The notes under the pieces were generated by a model, which saw only the letters and a list, made by a program, of their open reading frames with translations, did not search any database and was not told where the DNA came from. This document shows positions 1 to 11,761 of a stretch of 64,000 nt of DNA, in pieces; position 1 is the stretch's first letter, and every line of letters starts with the position of its first letter. The stretch lies in contig CBDCDZ010000004.1 in the NCBI GenBank assembly GCA_965215565.1, positions 544,001 through 608,000 of the forward strand, given 5' to 3'. Position numbers and translations under genes: made by a program. The DNA is from Trueperaceae bacterium (GTDB lineage: Bacteria; Deinococcota; Deinococci; Deinococcales; Trueperaceae).

Positions 1-1076
1 TTGCCCGTATGGACGTACACGGGTAGGTCAAAGATGAGCGTTTCACCCGCTTCAGCGGTGCCGTAGTAGAGCCTTTCGCCCTCACCTCTGGCGGGACCCG
101 CGTAGACCTCGAGCCAAGCCGGAGCGCCCACTACGAAGACCGCCGTTCCCCGCGCCGAGGTAGCTGCCGTCTCGCCCGGCGTAGACGCTGTATTTGCCGC
201 GTCCGGCGCGATCAGTCCTCCCGCAACGCCCGCCGTTTCTTCAGCAGGATTGACAGCGCCAACAGCAGGGCTCAGCGAGATATTCAGGTTGCGGCTCCGC
301 GTGAGATCAATAGTTTGCTCCACGCTCCCGTAGCCCGCCAGGCTCACCCGCACGGTGCGGCGCGCGCCTGCGCGCACGGGCGCATCTGTGACAGGGCTCA
401 CCGCGTTGAAGGGCAGGCCGTCCACGCTCACGTTCGCCCCCGGCGGCGTGGTGTTGACCGACAAGAGGATGAGACCGGCGGGGGCGCTCGCTGACGCCGC
501 GTTCGGTCTGACGGGGTCCGTGCTGGCTCCAGCGGGCGTAGTAGCCACCAACGCCTCGGACTCCGGCGCAGCCTGGGTGGAGGGCGTCGGTCCGAAGAGC
601 AGCGCGTTAAAGCCCCATAGCGCCAGCACGACGACGCCGACGACGAGCATGAGCGTCGTCGCGAAGCGCCCGAACGCGCTTATCACCGGCCCGGTGGCGC
701 GGTGGGGGGAGGAGGTGCGCTCACCCTCGTAGAACCCTTCGTCCTCAGACCCATCCTCCTCCATCTCGAACGCTGAATAAGCGGTGGACGCCGCTTTGGG
801 CGCGTCCACCTCGGTTTGCGCGGCGCGGCGCTGTTCCTGGCGGAAGATGTGGAGCATCCGCGTCACGTCTAAGCCGACGGCTTGTGCGTAGAGACGCAGG
901 GCTTTCTTGGCGTAGCTCGCCTCGGATAGTTCGGCGTGATGCCCCGACTCCAATGCGATCAGATACGAGCGCCTCACGTCGGTCAGCTCGACTAAGTCGT
1001 CTAAACTCAGCCCCTTCGCCTCTCTCGCTTCGAATAAAATATCGCCGAGTTCGTTTCCTCTTCGCTTCATGCTCAT
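1..1076 (-). CDS. RodZ-like protein (HTH, TM helix, PEGA domain, DUF4115-like C-terminus); runs off the window start
   Basis: Manual translation from ATG 1076 (RBS GAAGGTGA): MSMKRRGNELGDILFEAREAKGLSLDDLVELTDVRRSYLIALESG, then a hydrophobic helix and PEGA-like NTTPPGANVSVDG; not in the ORF track. Confidence 0.75.
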   Translation of the reverse strand, partial: MSMKRRGNELGDILFEAREAKGLSLDDLVELTDVRRSYLIALESGHHAELSEASYAKKALRLYAQAVGLDVTRMLHIFRQEQRRAAQTEVDAPKAASTAYSAFEMEEDGSEDEGFYEGERTSSPHRATGPVISAFGRFATTLMLVVGVVVLALWGFNALLFGPTPSTQAAPESEALVATTPAGASTDPVRPNAASASAPAGLILLSVNTTPPGANVSVDGLPFNAVSPVTDAPVRAGARRTVRVSLAGYGSVEQTIDLTRSRNLNISLSPAVGAVNPAEETAGVAGGLIAPDAANTASTPGETAATSARGTAVFVVGAPAWLEVYAGPARGEGERLYYGTAEAGETLIFDLPVYVHTG

Positions 1077-1214
1077 ACCGTCCATCACCTTCTATGCTGT
1101 CTGGCTATATCGTCTAGTTATACTTTCTGGCTATATTGCCCGGCCATCTCTAAAAGCGGTGAATCCAAGTTTATCACCTCTTCGGCTTCTCGGTGAGGCT
1201 CGAGTCGAAACTCT

Positions 1215-2135
1215 CTAAGCGAGGCGAACCTCGAGCGGTTGCGCCGCGAGCGCTAACGCCACCTCCGCCGCGAGCTGCGCGTTCTCCGCTAAAAGCCGCG
1301 TGTTGACCTCCGTCGTGCGCCCGCCGGAAAGCTCGCCGAGCCTAGCGAGGAGATAAGGTGTCACGTCCTTGCCGCTCAGCCCGCGCGCGTCCGCTTCGCG
1401 CTGCGCCTGCTCCAACCAAGCGTCGACCTCTTGGGAACTCAGCCCCACAGAAACAGGTTTCGCCACGAGCAGCGAGGTGCGCAAGCCGAGGTCTCGAGCC
1501 TGCCTAAAAAGCGCAGCCACCTCTTCTGGGCTGTCGCAGCGCACCGGAACTTCAAAAGAGGTCTCAGACACGTGAAAGCCTGCTAGCTTGTTCGTTTTGT
1601 AGCCTACCAGCGGCACGCCCAAGCTCTCCAAACGCTCCTTCGTCGCTGCGATGTCGAGGATAGACTTTGCGCCTGCACACACGACGATAATGGGGTAACG
1701 CGCTAACGCTGTGAGGTCGGCGGATGCGTCGAGAGGTGCGCTATTAACCTTTCTGTGAACGCCGCCGACGCCACCCGTCGCGAAGACATGGACGCCAGCT
1801 AAAGAGGCTGCGTGCAGCGTGGTCGCGACAGTTGTACCGGCATCCTTTTTCTGCGCCGAAAGTGCGGTCAGATTCCACAAGGACGCCTTGTGCGCCTGTG
1901 TGGTGGCGAGGTGCTCGAGTTCACTTTCAGCCAACCCGACGACGAGTTCGCCCGAGAGCATCCCAACCGTTGCTGGAACTGCGCCCGCCTCGCCGACAAC
2001 TTGTTCTAAGCGCCGAGCCAAGGTTAAATTATTGGGTTTTGGTAAGCCGTGGGTGATGACGGTGGACTCTAAGGCGACGACGGCCCGCCCCTCTGCTAGC
2101 GCCTTTTTGACCTCTTGACGAATGCGTAGTGACAT
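1215..2135 (-). CDS. psuG: Pseudouridine-5'-phosphate glycosidase
   Basis: VVALESTVITHGLP, FATGGVGGVHR, GAKSILDI and GKDVTPYLL motifs. Confidence 0.93.
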   Translation of the reverse strand: MSLRIRQEVKKALAEGRAVVALESTVITHGLPKPNNLTLARRLEQVVGEAGAVPATVGMLSGELVVGLAESELEHLATTQAHKASLWNLTALSAQKKDAGTTVATTLHAASLAGVHVFATGGVGGVHRKVNSAPLDASADLTALARYPIIVVCAGAKSILDIAATKERLESLGVPLVGYKTNKLAGFHVSETSFEVPVRCDSPEEVAALFRQARDLGLRTSLLVAKPVSVGLSSQEVDAWLEQAQREADARGLSGKDVTPYLLARLGELSGGRTTEVNTRLLAENAQLAAEVALALAAQPLEVRLA

Positions 2136-2323
2136 TTAGGTATCCTAGCCCATAGCGAGTGTTGGGGAGGCGGCTCGAGCGAGTCAGCAGTTCAGTGAGT
2201 CAGAAAAAGCTGAGACGCCGATGTGCTGACCCACTGCTTTTTTACCCCTGCTCTTTTACACGGTGACAAAAGCCTGCGTTCCTTGACTTACAGCCCTCAA
2301 ATTATCGCGTGATACACTCCCTC

Positions 2324-2671
2324 GTGGCTTCGTCATCATCCATTTCTATTCCCGGCATCGAGACCATCGCGCCCTACGCCAGCCAACTCACCTTCGGCGG
2401 CGTGGCGGGGTTCGCGTCCGGTTACGCGCTTAAAAAGATCGGTAAGCTCGCCGCCATCGTGCTCGGCTTACTCTTCATCGGCGTTCAGATACTCGTGTAT
2501 ATCGGCGTGGCTGAGGTGGACTGGCTGCGCATTCAAGAGAGCGTCAACCCGCTACTAAGCCCCGAAGCGCTCAACAAAGCGTGGCGCAACCTCATCAAAC
2601 TTCTGACGGGCAACGTGCCCTTTGCGGCGGCGTTCGTACCGGGCTTTTTGCTTGGCTTTCAGCGCGGCTAA
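2324..2671 (+). CDS. FUN14-family membrane protein
   Basis: QLTFGGVAGFASGYALKKIGK...GFLLGF; probable leaderless GTG at 2324 after TACACT (track start 2309). Confidence 0.8.
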   Translation: MASSSSISIPGIETIAPYASQLTFGGVAGFASGYALKKIGKLAAIVLGLLFIGVQILVYIGVAEVDWLRIQESVNPLLSPEALNKAWRNLIKLLTGNVPFAAAFVPGFLLGFQRG

Positions 2672-2816
2672 GATAGCAAGTAGCATCTGGGATAGCAGGT
2701 AGCATCTGGTTACGAACACCTCGGTAACCTTAGCGTTATCTCAGCTCAAACGCTTGTAGAGTCTACCTACATGGTTTAGCTGTCTTCGCGACTCAACCGC
2801 CTTCTAGCTCACGCAT

Positions 2817-2837
2817 CTTGAGCGAGTGTGACTCAAG
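2817..2837. promoter_or_regulatory. HAIR (HspR operator) upstream of groES
   Basis: CTTGAGC-N7-ACTCAAG versus consensus CTTGAGT-N7-ACTCAAG. Confidence 0.8.
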
Positions 2838-2841
2838 GTAC

Positions 2842-2870
2842 TTGACAAACCGCCAGATTTTTCATACTAT
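2842..2870 (+). promoter_or_regulatory. Sigma70-type promoter of groESL
   Basis: TTGACA-17 bp-TACTAT. Confidence 0.85.
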
Positions 2871-2879
2871 GTGAAGCAG

Positions 2880-2906
2880 TTGGCACTCGGTAAGTGCGAG
2901 TGCTAA
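2880..2906. promoter_or_regulatory. CIRCE element (HrcA operator)
   Basis: TTGGCACTC-N9-GAGTGCTAA versus consensus TTAGCACTC-N9-GAGTGCTAA. Confidence 0.88.
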
Positions 2907-2949
2907 AAAAATGCCAAATTACGTAAGAAGAATCAAGAGGAGGACGTGA

Positions 2950-3237
2950 ATGACACTCAAACCCTTAGGCGACAAAGTAGTAGTAGAAGTCATCGACGAG
3001 CCACAGACCACCGCGAGCGGCATCGTTTTACCCGATACGGCGAAGGAGAAAAGCCAGCGCGGTAAAGTCGTCGCAGTCGGTAGCGGCAAGCTTTTAGACA
3101 GCGGCGAGCGCATCAACTTAGAGGTCAGCGAAGGTGACACGGTTGTGTTTGCCAAGTATGGCGGCACCGAGATCAGCTTAGATGGTAAAGACCTCATGAT
3201 CTTGAGCGAGCGTGACATCCACGCAGTTGTTGCGTAA
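2950..3237 (+). CDS. groES: Co-chaperonin GroES
   Basis: [10 protein letters not shown]...[14 protein letters not shown]...KYGGTE; RBS GAGGAGG. Confidence 0.98.
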   Translation: MTLKPLGDKVVVEVIDEPQTTASGIVLPDTAKEKSQRGKVVAVGSGKLLDSGERINLEVSEGDTVVFAKYGGTEISLDGKDLMILSERDIHAVVA

Positions 3238-3395
3238 AGCAGGTCTCAGCCGACAGGCTAGCGGGACCTCATCTGGTCAGCTACGCTCTCATTTTAGACG
3301 AAATTTGACCAGTGCGCATGTCAAGTGATGATACTTGCGGAACACAAGATCACGCCGAATTTTCACTCAACCCCTTAAATTCAATCTTCCACTAA

Positions 3396-5075
<1,680 letters not shown>

Positions 5076-5112
5076 AGGAAGTTACGCTCAGACTAGCTAT
5101 ACAGCTAAACAG

Positions 5113-5144
5113 AGGAGAGGCGGCTTTCGGGCCGCTTCTTTTTC
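5113..5144 (+). terminator. Intrinsic terminator after groEL
   Basis: GAGGCGGC-loop-GCCGCTTC followed by a T run. Confidence 0.75.
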
Positions 5145-5240
5145 ATGCCTACCCTGGATGAAGACTCTCGATATTTACGCTGCGCGTGAAAAGCAGTAGG
5201 ATTTAGAGAGGTCAATTTTGTAGATGTGGTAGACAGATAC

Positions 5241-5495
5241 ATGGCGAGGCATGAAAAGCTAGTTCAGCGTCTACTCAGCAAACCAAAAGACTTCACATGG
5301 CGAGAGGTGCAAAGACTTATGAACGGTTTTGGCTATACTGAATCTTCTAAAGGAAAGACAAGTGGGTCGCGCATCCAGTTCTATAAAGAAGGTCGAAAGC
5401 CTATTGACCTCCACAAACCACATCCCTCACCCTATTTGAAAACTTATGCACTCAAAGATTTGATTAACCAGCTAAGACAAGAAGGCTTGGCATGA
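5241..5495 (+). CDS. hicA: HicA-family toxin
   Basis: SKPKDFTWREV...GKTSGSRIQF...LHKPHP; overlaps the hicB start (ATGA). Confidence 0.85.
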   Translation: MARHEKLVQRLLSKPKDFTWREVQRLMNGFGYTESSKGKTSGSRIQFYKEGRKPIDLHKPHPSPYLKTYALKDLINQLRQEGLA

Positions 5496-5833
5496 GCGAC
5501 TTACTTCATTATAAGGGATGCTTAGGCTCGGTAGAGTACAGCCAAGAGGACGACGTTCTACACGGCAAGTTGCAGGGTATCGGCGCTTTAGTCAACTACG
5601 AAGGCGAGGACCTGAAAACGCTAAAAGCGGCGTTTGAGGAGGCTGTAGACAGCTACTTGGAATTTTGTAAAGAGGTCGGCGAAACACCTGAGAAGCCATT
5701 TGAACAAGCTATCCAGTACCAGCCGGACCCCATCCACTATCAACGGGCCATCAACTACGCGAAAGAGCACGACCTCTCTGTTAAAGCAGTGCTTGATAGG
5801 GCGCTTGAGGAGTTTCTAAAGAAAGCCGCATAA
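5492..5833 (+). CDS. hicB: HicB-family antitoxin
   Basis: YKGCLGSVEYSQEDDVLHGKL...AFEEAVDSYLEFCKEVGETPEKPF. Confidence 0.85.
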   Translation: MSDLLHYKGCLGSVEYSQEDDVLHGKLQGIGALVNYEGEDLKTLKAAFEEAVDSYLEFCKEVGETPEKPFEQAIQYQPDPIHYQRAINYAKEHDLSVKAVLDRALEEFLKKAA

Positions 5834-5959
5834 ACCACGAGTAGCACGTTCAGAATTGGCGGTTCTTTTGAAGACAGATGGAGCGTGTAGCAGTTAGTAA
5901 CAAAGTGATTGTGCTGACCGCTAGAATTATGTACGCCTATGTACAGAACGAGGAGAATT

Positions 5960-6244
5960 ATGTCCTCCGAAAAAATCAAAGCGGTTGGCGTCAAAGAGTT
6001 CAGGGACAACCTCACGGTGCATCTCTTAGCAGACGCGCCCGTCGCGGTCACTAAACATGGGCTCACGGTGGGCTATTACATTCTGACGCATCATCCCGTA
6101 ACCTCAGACGACAAGCGCGGTTTGAGAGAGGCGGCGGAGTGGCTTAACCAACTCTTAGAGGCGCAGGGGCTCGCGCCCGAAACGCTCATCCGAGCGGCGC
6201 AAGAGCTTAGGAAGAAGGACAAGCAGGCGTTGAGCTTTTTTTGA
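5960..6244 (+). CDS. Phd/YefM-like antitoxin with no adjacent toxin
   Basis: VGVKEFRDNL...PVAVTKHGLTVGYYI; RBS AGGAGA. Confidence 0.6.
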   Translation: MSSEKIKAVGVKEFRDNLTVHLLADAPVAVTKHGLTVGYYILTHHPVTSDDKRGLREAAEWLNQLLEAQGLAPETLIRAAQELRKKDKQALSFF

Positions 6245-6318
6245 AACGCTCGAGGCGTTTCTAAAGCAAGTCGCCTAACTGTAAAAGAGGTCAAGAAAAG
6301 GTTCTCTCCCCATTCAGG

Positions 6319-6792
6319 CTAATTGGATTGCTGCTCGCCAAGCTCGAGCAACACACTTACGGCTTTATCGTAGATTGCAATGTGGTCTGCTCGAGTTGGT
6401 CTGGGGTAATAACTGATATCAATATCGTTGAGACTCACTTCATAGCCTTGCAAATCTTCTACTTCAGAAGATATGTAGATGGAAAATGTGTAAGTGGGGA
6501 ACGAACCTTGCAGTTTTTCAACGAGAGGATACGCGAGCGGAAGAGGTGCAGAACCGAGAATTCCAGCACTTCGTTTTCGCGGACCGTACAAAACACTTGT
6601 TCTCGAGTTTTCCTTCAAGTGATCTTCTAAAAAGAACCAGCGAATGATTTGCTTACCCCGGTACCTCTTGGCGATAACAGCGCCAGGCGCTGTGATGAGC
6701 GGGTCTTCTTGTTCTTTCAGCTTCGTTTCCAACCACTCGTCCAAAATCTTTTTCATCCATGCGTCATGTTTGCGGCGAGCTTTGTCGTTCAT
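6319..6792 (-). CDS. Hypothetical protein (lower GC)
   Basis: 157-aa ORF downstream of mrp with RBS-like AAGGTGG; no recognised motif. Confidence 0.5.
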   Translation of the reverse strand: MNDKARRKHDAWMKKILDEWLETKLKEQEDPLITAPGAVIAKRYRGKQIIRWFFLEDHLKENSRTSVLYGPRKRSAGILGSAPLPLAYPLVEKLQGSFPTYTFSIYISSEVEDLQGYEVSLNDIDISYYPRPTRADHIAIYDKAVSVLLELGEQQSN

Positions 6793-6848
6793 TGCCGCAA
6801 ACCACCTTGCTCGAGAATCTCAAACCTCAACTTTTAGACCATCAGCCC

Positions 6849-7907
6849 CTACACAACAGGAAACGTCATCATCGCCTGAATACTCACCTGCCCCGCTAAG
6901 GTCCGCGCCGCACTCCGCAACGCTTTCGCGTCTGGGCTCTCCGGCTCAGCAATGACTAGCGGTTGCCCCTGGTCACCACTCTCGCGCATCCGCCGGGTGA
7001 CGGGAATCTCACCAAGAAGCGCCAGCTTCTCCTCCGCTGCAAATGCAGCCGCGCCCCCTTCACCGAAGATGTAGTCGCGTGTACCGTCAGGTAGCGCGTA
7101 GTACGACATGTTCTCTACGACGCCCAAAATCGGCGTGTGCAGCTTGCGAAGCATCGTGTAGGCGCGGCGCACATCTATCAAAGCGACGTCTTGGGGTGTC
7201 GTCACGAGCACTGCGCCCGTTAAGGGTACGAGTTGCGACAGTGAAAGCTGCACGTCCCCCGTGCCGGGCGGTAAGTCTACGATGAGATAGTCGAGTTCGC
7301 CCCATACAGTCTGTTTGAGAAGCTGTGTGAGCGTGCCGTGCAGGATGGGACCGCGCCAGGTGAGCGCTTGGCCGTCCTGGACCAAATTCGCAATCGAGAT
7401 AACTTTGACGCCGTAGTTGCGGAGGGGAATGATGTTCTTTTCGTCGTCCGCCATGAGGCGTTTGCCCTCGACGGCGAACATCTTGGCCTGGCTGGGACCG
7501 TAGATGTCAGCGTCTAAAAGACCGACTTTGGCACCTTCTAACGCCAAGCTCGCCGCTAAATTCGCGGCTACCGTAGACTTACCCACACCACCCTTGCCCG
7601 AGCCCACCGCGATCACGTTTTTCACGCCGGGCAGATCGTTATTCTGCGCGCTCTTGACCTGCGAGCCGAAGGTGATGTCCACACGTTCGACGCCCAGATA
7701 TTTCAGCAGCGCCGCTTTGATGTCGGCTTCGATCTTTCCTTTGAGGGGGCACGCCGGAGTGGTGAGGTCGATCTTGAGGGCAACAGCCTCCCCCTGAATG
7801 TCGACCTCTTTGACCATGCCCAGTGAGACGAGGTCTTTATGAAGTTCGGGGTCGTCCACCGTGCGCAGGGCTCGGATAACTGCGGCTTCGTCGATTCCGT
7901 TTGTCAT
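6849..7907 (-). CDS. apbC: Mrp/NBP35 (ApbC) Fe-S carrier ATPase
   Basis: N-terminal DUF59-like VDDPEL...LTTPACP; GSGKGGVGKS, DADIYGPS, DLPPGTGD, GVVENMS. Confidence 0.93.
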   Translation of the reverse strand: MTNGIDEAAVIRALRTVDDPELHKDLVSLGMVKEVDIQGEAVALKIDLTTPACPLKGKIEADIKAALLKYLGVERVDITFGSQVKSAQNNDLPGVKNVIAVGSGKGGVGKSTVAANLAASLALEGAKVGLLDADIYGPSQAKMFAVEGKRLMADDEKNIIPLRNYGVKVISIANLVQDGQALTWRGPILHGTLTQLLKQTVWGELDYLIVDLPPGTGDVQLSLSQLVPLTGAVLVTTPQDVALIDVRRAYTMLRKLHTPILGVVENMSYYALPDGTRDYIFGEGGAAAFAAEEKLALLGEIPVTRRMRESGDQGQPLVIAEPESPDAKALRSAARTLAGQVSIQAMMTFPVV

Positions 7908-8075
7908 AGGTCAAGCGTAGCAACTTGAGAAGGGGTTCACAAGGGGTGAGGTGACACCTCTTCCAGCCGCCCGGCGCGTTTGCACCATATTAGAACAGGC
8001 GCGTCCATTAAAACCTTCACCTTTTTCCAGGTATACTCTAAGCGTGCGTAAACTTTACACTTTAGGGACGCGCCT

Positions 8076-9431
8076 ATGACTCAGGTCGCACGCTATCAAC
8101 CGCAGCGGCTCTTCGCCGAGCACGAGGCGGTGAAGACCTTTCACGGTTTGGACCCGCTGACGGGGCTGCCTGTGCTGATTTATAGGTTTGCAGGCAGACC
8201 TACGGCGAAAGTCGGCGAACTCAAGTCCGAGGCGATTCCGACAATTTTAACGTCGAAGGTGGAGGGCGGGCGTGGTCAGCTCGTCGTCGCGTACGCGAAA
8301 GGGTACGAGCCGCTCCGCGAGCGCGTCGAGCCGCAAGAGGTTAGTGGGCTGCTGCGCGACAGCGCGACGGCGCTTTACGACGCGGCTAGGACGAGCGTCG
8401 TCCACGGCGACTTACGCCCTGAGCGCCTTTTGAAGGCGAACGATCACGTGATGGTGGAGGGCTACGGCGTGCCTTGGACCACCTGGGACGCCGCCTCGGA
8501 ATTCAGCGCGCCCGAGCGTATCGGCGGCGCGTCCGCCCCGGCCGACGTCTTTTCGTGGGCGCGCACCGTGCAGTTTCTGGCGGGGCAGCACCTCCCTCGT
8601 GAACTGAGCGAGATGATCGCCGCATGTCTAAACGCTGACCCTAAATACAGACCGAACGCCGAGACGATCTACAAGCAGATTGTGCAACCTGAGCGCGTAG
8701 GGGCGGCGGCGAAGGCGTCTCCTTTCGACAACCTCAACTTCGCCGAGCCTGGCGAGGAGACGTTCGCCCACAATCCTTTCGTCACTTCTATTTCCGACGA
8801 TAAGCCCGCCCAAAGCGAGACGGAACGCCCACGCGCCGCACGAGCGTTCCCTGTACGCGAAACGTCTGAACCTCTTACCGGCGACGATGACCCCTTCGGA
8901 TTCGGCGGCGAGATCGACGAACGCCCGCTGCGCAAAGGTGCCAGAGGACGCCGCACGGTTCTACTTATCGCCCTGCTCATCGCCCTTTTGGTCCTCGGCG
9001 CGCTCGCGCTCTTCAACCGGGATACGCTCAGCGCGTCTATAAGCGAAGCGGTGAGCGGCGTCGCGGGCGCAGGGCTAAGCGAGCGCTTGACAGCGGGCGT
9101 GGGCGCGGGGCTGTCTACGTTTGCGGGCATCATTACCGGCACGGGCGCAGCCTCTCAGAGCGGCTCCTACCTCGTCCGCGTGGAGGTCATCCCGGCGAAC
9201 GTGCAAGCTGAACTGTTCGTCGTCGAGGGTCCGGCGGGGTCTTCCCTGCCCTCGGCGCGCCCCATAAGCGTCGTGCCGGGCTCCGCTGTACTAGATAGGA
9301 CAGGGCTGTGGCGGCTCCAAGCGCAGGTTGACGGGCGGCTTTCCGAGGTTCAAGAGGTGCGCGTGCCCGAAGAGCGCACCGTGACCTTTAACGTTCCCTG
9401 GCGGAGCGCGCCCGCCGCGGAGGGTGAGTGA
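8076..9431 (+). CDS. Membrane-anchored protein-kinase-like protein (probable pseudokinase)
   Basis: VHGDLRPE, APE and DVFSW subdomains; no DFG or Gly-loop; one TM helix. Confidence 0.6.
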   Translation: MTQVARYQPQRLFAEHEAVKTFHGLDPLTGLPVLIYRFAGRPTAKVGELKSEAIPTILTSKVEGGRGQLVVAYAKGYEPLRERVEPQEVSGLLRDSATALYDAARTSVVHGDLRPERLLKANDHVMVEGYGVPWTTWDAASEFSAPERIGGASAPADVFSWARTVQFLAGQHLPRELSEMIAACLNADPKYRPNAETIYKQIVQPERVGAAAKASPFDNLNFAEPGEETFAHNPFVTSISDDKPAQSETERPRAARAFPVRETSEPLTGDDDPFGFGGEIDERPLRKGARGRRTVLLIALLIALLVLGALALFNRDTLSASISEAVSGVAGAGLSERLTAGVGAGLSTFAGIITGTGAASQSGSYLVRVEVIPANVQAELFVVEGPAGSSLPSARPISVVPGSAVLDRTGLWRLQAQVDGRLSEVQEVRVPEERTVTFNVPWRSAPAAEGE

Positions 9432-9495
9432 CCTCACCCTCCCTCTAACGACGTCCTGACCGGCGGAGCATCGGCGAGACGTTATAGTGAGACGC

Positions 9496-11058
9496 ATGGC
9501 AAGCGTCCCCTCCAGTATCGTGGTCCTCGACTACGGCTCGCAGTACACGCGGCTCATCGCGCGGCGGCTACGCGAGCTGAACATCTACTCGGTGATTTTA
9601 AGCGCGCAGACCTCTTTGGAACAGATTCAGGCGCATCAGCCTGGGGGCGTCATCCTCTCCGGGGGTCCTAGTAGCGTTTACGACGAGGGCGCGCCGCGCT
9701 TACCGGCTGGGCTGTTAAAGGCAGACCTCCCGATCCTCGCCATCTGCTACGGGATGCAGCTCGTCGTGAAGGAAGCGGGCGGCGAGGTTAGGGCGAGCGC
9801 GGTGCGCGAATACGGTAAGGCGACGCTCACGCGCTATCACGGCAGTCTCTTTAGAGGTATCGAGGGTGACTTCGTCGCCTGGATGAGCCACGGCGATTCG
9901 GTGAGCACGTTGCCGACGGGCTTCGAAACGGTGGCGAGCACAAGCGACACGCCCGTCGCCGCGATGGAGAATAGAGCGCGGCGTCTTTACGGCATCCAGT
10001 TTCACCCGGAGGTGCGCCACACGCCTAAAGGGGATGTCCTCTTGGAGAACTTCGTGCGCGAAACGGGCGTCCTTAGGGACTGGACGCCCGAGAGCATCTT
10101 GGAGACGATGATTCAAGAGGTGCGCGAAACCGTCCGCAGCGAGCGCATCCTCTTAGGGATTTCGGGCGGGGTGGACTCGAGCACCCTGGGCCTCCTCCTG
10201 AATAGAGCCGTCGGCGCTCAGCTCTCCGCCGTCTTCGTCGATCACGGGCTGCTGCGCCTGGGCGAAGCGGAAGAGGTCGAGACGGCGCTACGCGGGCTGG
10301 GCGTCAACCTCACGGTGGTGGAGGCGTCGGCGCGGTTTTTGGACGCCTTAAAAGGCGTCACCGACCCCGAGCAGAAGCGCAAGATCATCGGGCGCGAGTT
10401 CATCGAGGTTTTTAACGCCGAGGCGAAAAAGCAGGCGGCGGGGGGCGAACTGACTTTTTTAGCGCAAGGGACGCTCTATCCGGACGTCATCGAGTCGGCA
10501 GGCGGACACGGCGCGGGAAGTCAAGCGGGCGGCGCAGCCAACATCAAGTCACACCACAACGTCGGCGGCTTGCCCGGAGAGCTGAACTTCAAACTCTTAG
10601 AACCTTTTCGCACGCTCTTCAAAGATGAGGTGCGCGAGTTGGCGAGTGTCCTCGGGCTGCCGCCGCACCTTTCAAGGCGTCACCCCTTCCCCGGTCCCGG
10701 TTTGGCGATTCGCTGCATCGGTGAGGTGACGCGGGGGCGCTTGGAGGTCTTGCGCCGCGTGGACGATATTTTCATCAGCGGCTTACACGAGTTCGGGCTC
10801 TACGACGAGACCTGGCAGGCCTTGGCTGTCTTGACGCCGATTCGCTCAGTCGGGGTCATGGGTGACGGGCGCACCTACGCGAACACGGTGGCGCTCCGGG
10901 CGGTCTCGAGCAGTGACGGCATGACCGCCGACTGGACACGCCTTCCGCACGACTTCTTAGCCACCATCTCTAACCGCATCGTGAACAGCGTTGCGGAGGT
11001 CAACCGAGTGGTCTTCGACATCACCAGCAAGCCGCCGGGGACGATCGAGTGGGAGTAG
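9496..11058 (+). CDS. guaA: GMP synthase (glutamine-hydrolysing)
   Basis: [45 protein letters not shown]. Confidence 0.98.
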   Translation: MASVPSSIVVLDYGSQYTRLIARRLRELNIYSVILSAQTSLEQIQAHQPGGVILSGGPSSVYDEGAPRLPAGLLKADLPILAICYGMQLVVKEAGGEVRASAVREYGKATLTRYHGSLFRGIEGDFVAWMSHGDSVSTLPTGFETVASTSDTPVAAMENRARRLYGIQFHPEVRHTPKGDVLLENFVRETGVLRDWTPESILETMIQEVRETVRSERILLGISGGVDSSTLGLLLNRAVGAQLSAVFVDHGLLRLGEAEEVETALRGLGVNLTVVEASARFLDALKGVTDPEQKRKIIGREFIEVFNAEAKKQAAGGELTFLAQGTLYPDVIESAGGHGAGSQAGGAANIKSHHNVGGLPGELNFKLLEPFRTLFKDEVRELASVLGLPPHLSRRHPFPGPGLAIRCIGEVTRGRLEVLRRVDDIFISGLHEFGLYDETWQALAVLTPIRSVGVMGDGRTYANTVALRAVSSSDGMTADWTRLPHDFLATISNRIVNSVAEVNRVVFDITSKPPGTIEWE

Positions 11059-11229
11059 CTACAAATTTGCTGAGTGCGCTATAGCCGGTAAAGCTTTAAT
11101 GATTCACAGTTCGACGCCGATTCCGTAGGGGCGGATTCCAAAACTACTCCTACGCCGTTTGCACTTCGAACACAGTTTGGTGCGCTTTCTCAAATCCCCT
11201 GTCGTGGGGATTTTTGCTTTTTCTACTCT

Positions 11230-11437
11230 TAGCACTTCCAAAACATACTGAGATAAAGGGGCGCAGATCTCTGTCCGCAAGGACTAGCGTTACGGGCAGG
11301 CCGCCCTGCCGTTGCGGGATTTCATCTCATAATGTGCGTGTTGATTACGGAGTTTTCGCAAGGCGAAACAGTGTTTTTTATAGTGAGAGTGTTGCTTCGC
11401 ATCGCTTCGCGCACTCAAACCAGATGGTACCTGCTAT
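11230..11437. repeat. Dispersed MITE-like repeat, family A
   Basis: Shares TTCCAAAACATACTGAGA and TCATCTCAnAATGTGCGT with 53284-53403; its end AACCAGATGGTACCTGCTAT matches the reverse complement of 48576-48600 and 2691-2711. Confidence 0.65.
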
Positions 11438-11761
11438 CTTTTTGTTCAGGTACGTTTGCCCCAAAGTAGAAGAGGTGGGGTGAATTTTCTTCGGGCTCGA
11501 GTCGCCCCAAAACCCGTTCACTACACCCGCTTCGGCGTTCATCCTTTGCTGAAAAACGCACAAAGTGGGCGTCTTCACCGTTATTTTTTCACAACTTGCC
11601 CACCTCTTGTGACATTTTAGACATTCGGCGTGCACCTGCACTTGACGTGTGAAAGATGCTACCGGACAGGTACGGCGGTCCTTCGTAAGCTACTTGTCAG
11701 TGCACTTTATGAGAGTTCTTTCTACACAAAATTTAACGTGCACCTGAGAAGAGGAGGCTAC

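Noticed and set aside
355..1117. Plus-strand ORFs here and the many antisense ORFs in the track
   Set aside because: Shadow frames of GC-rich genes on the opposite strand
11250..11315. Possible c-di-GMP riboswitch upstream of the DUF11 operon
   Set aside because: Lacks the GCAAAC...GAAA...GCAAAG core and lies within a dispersed repeat copy
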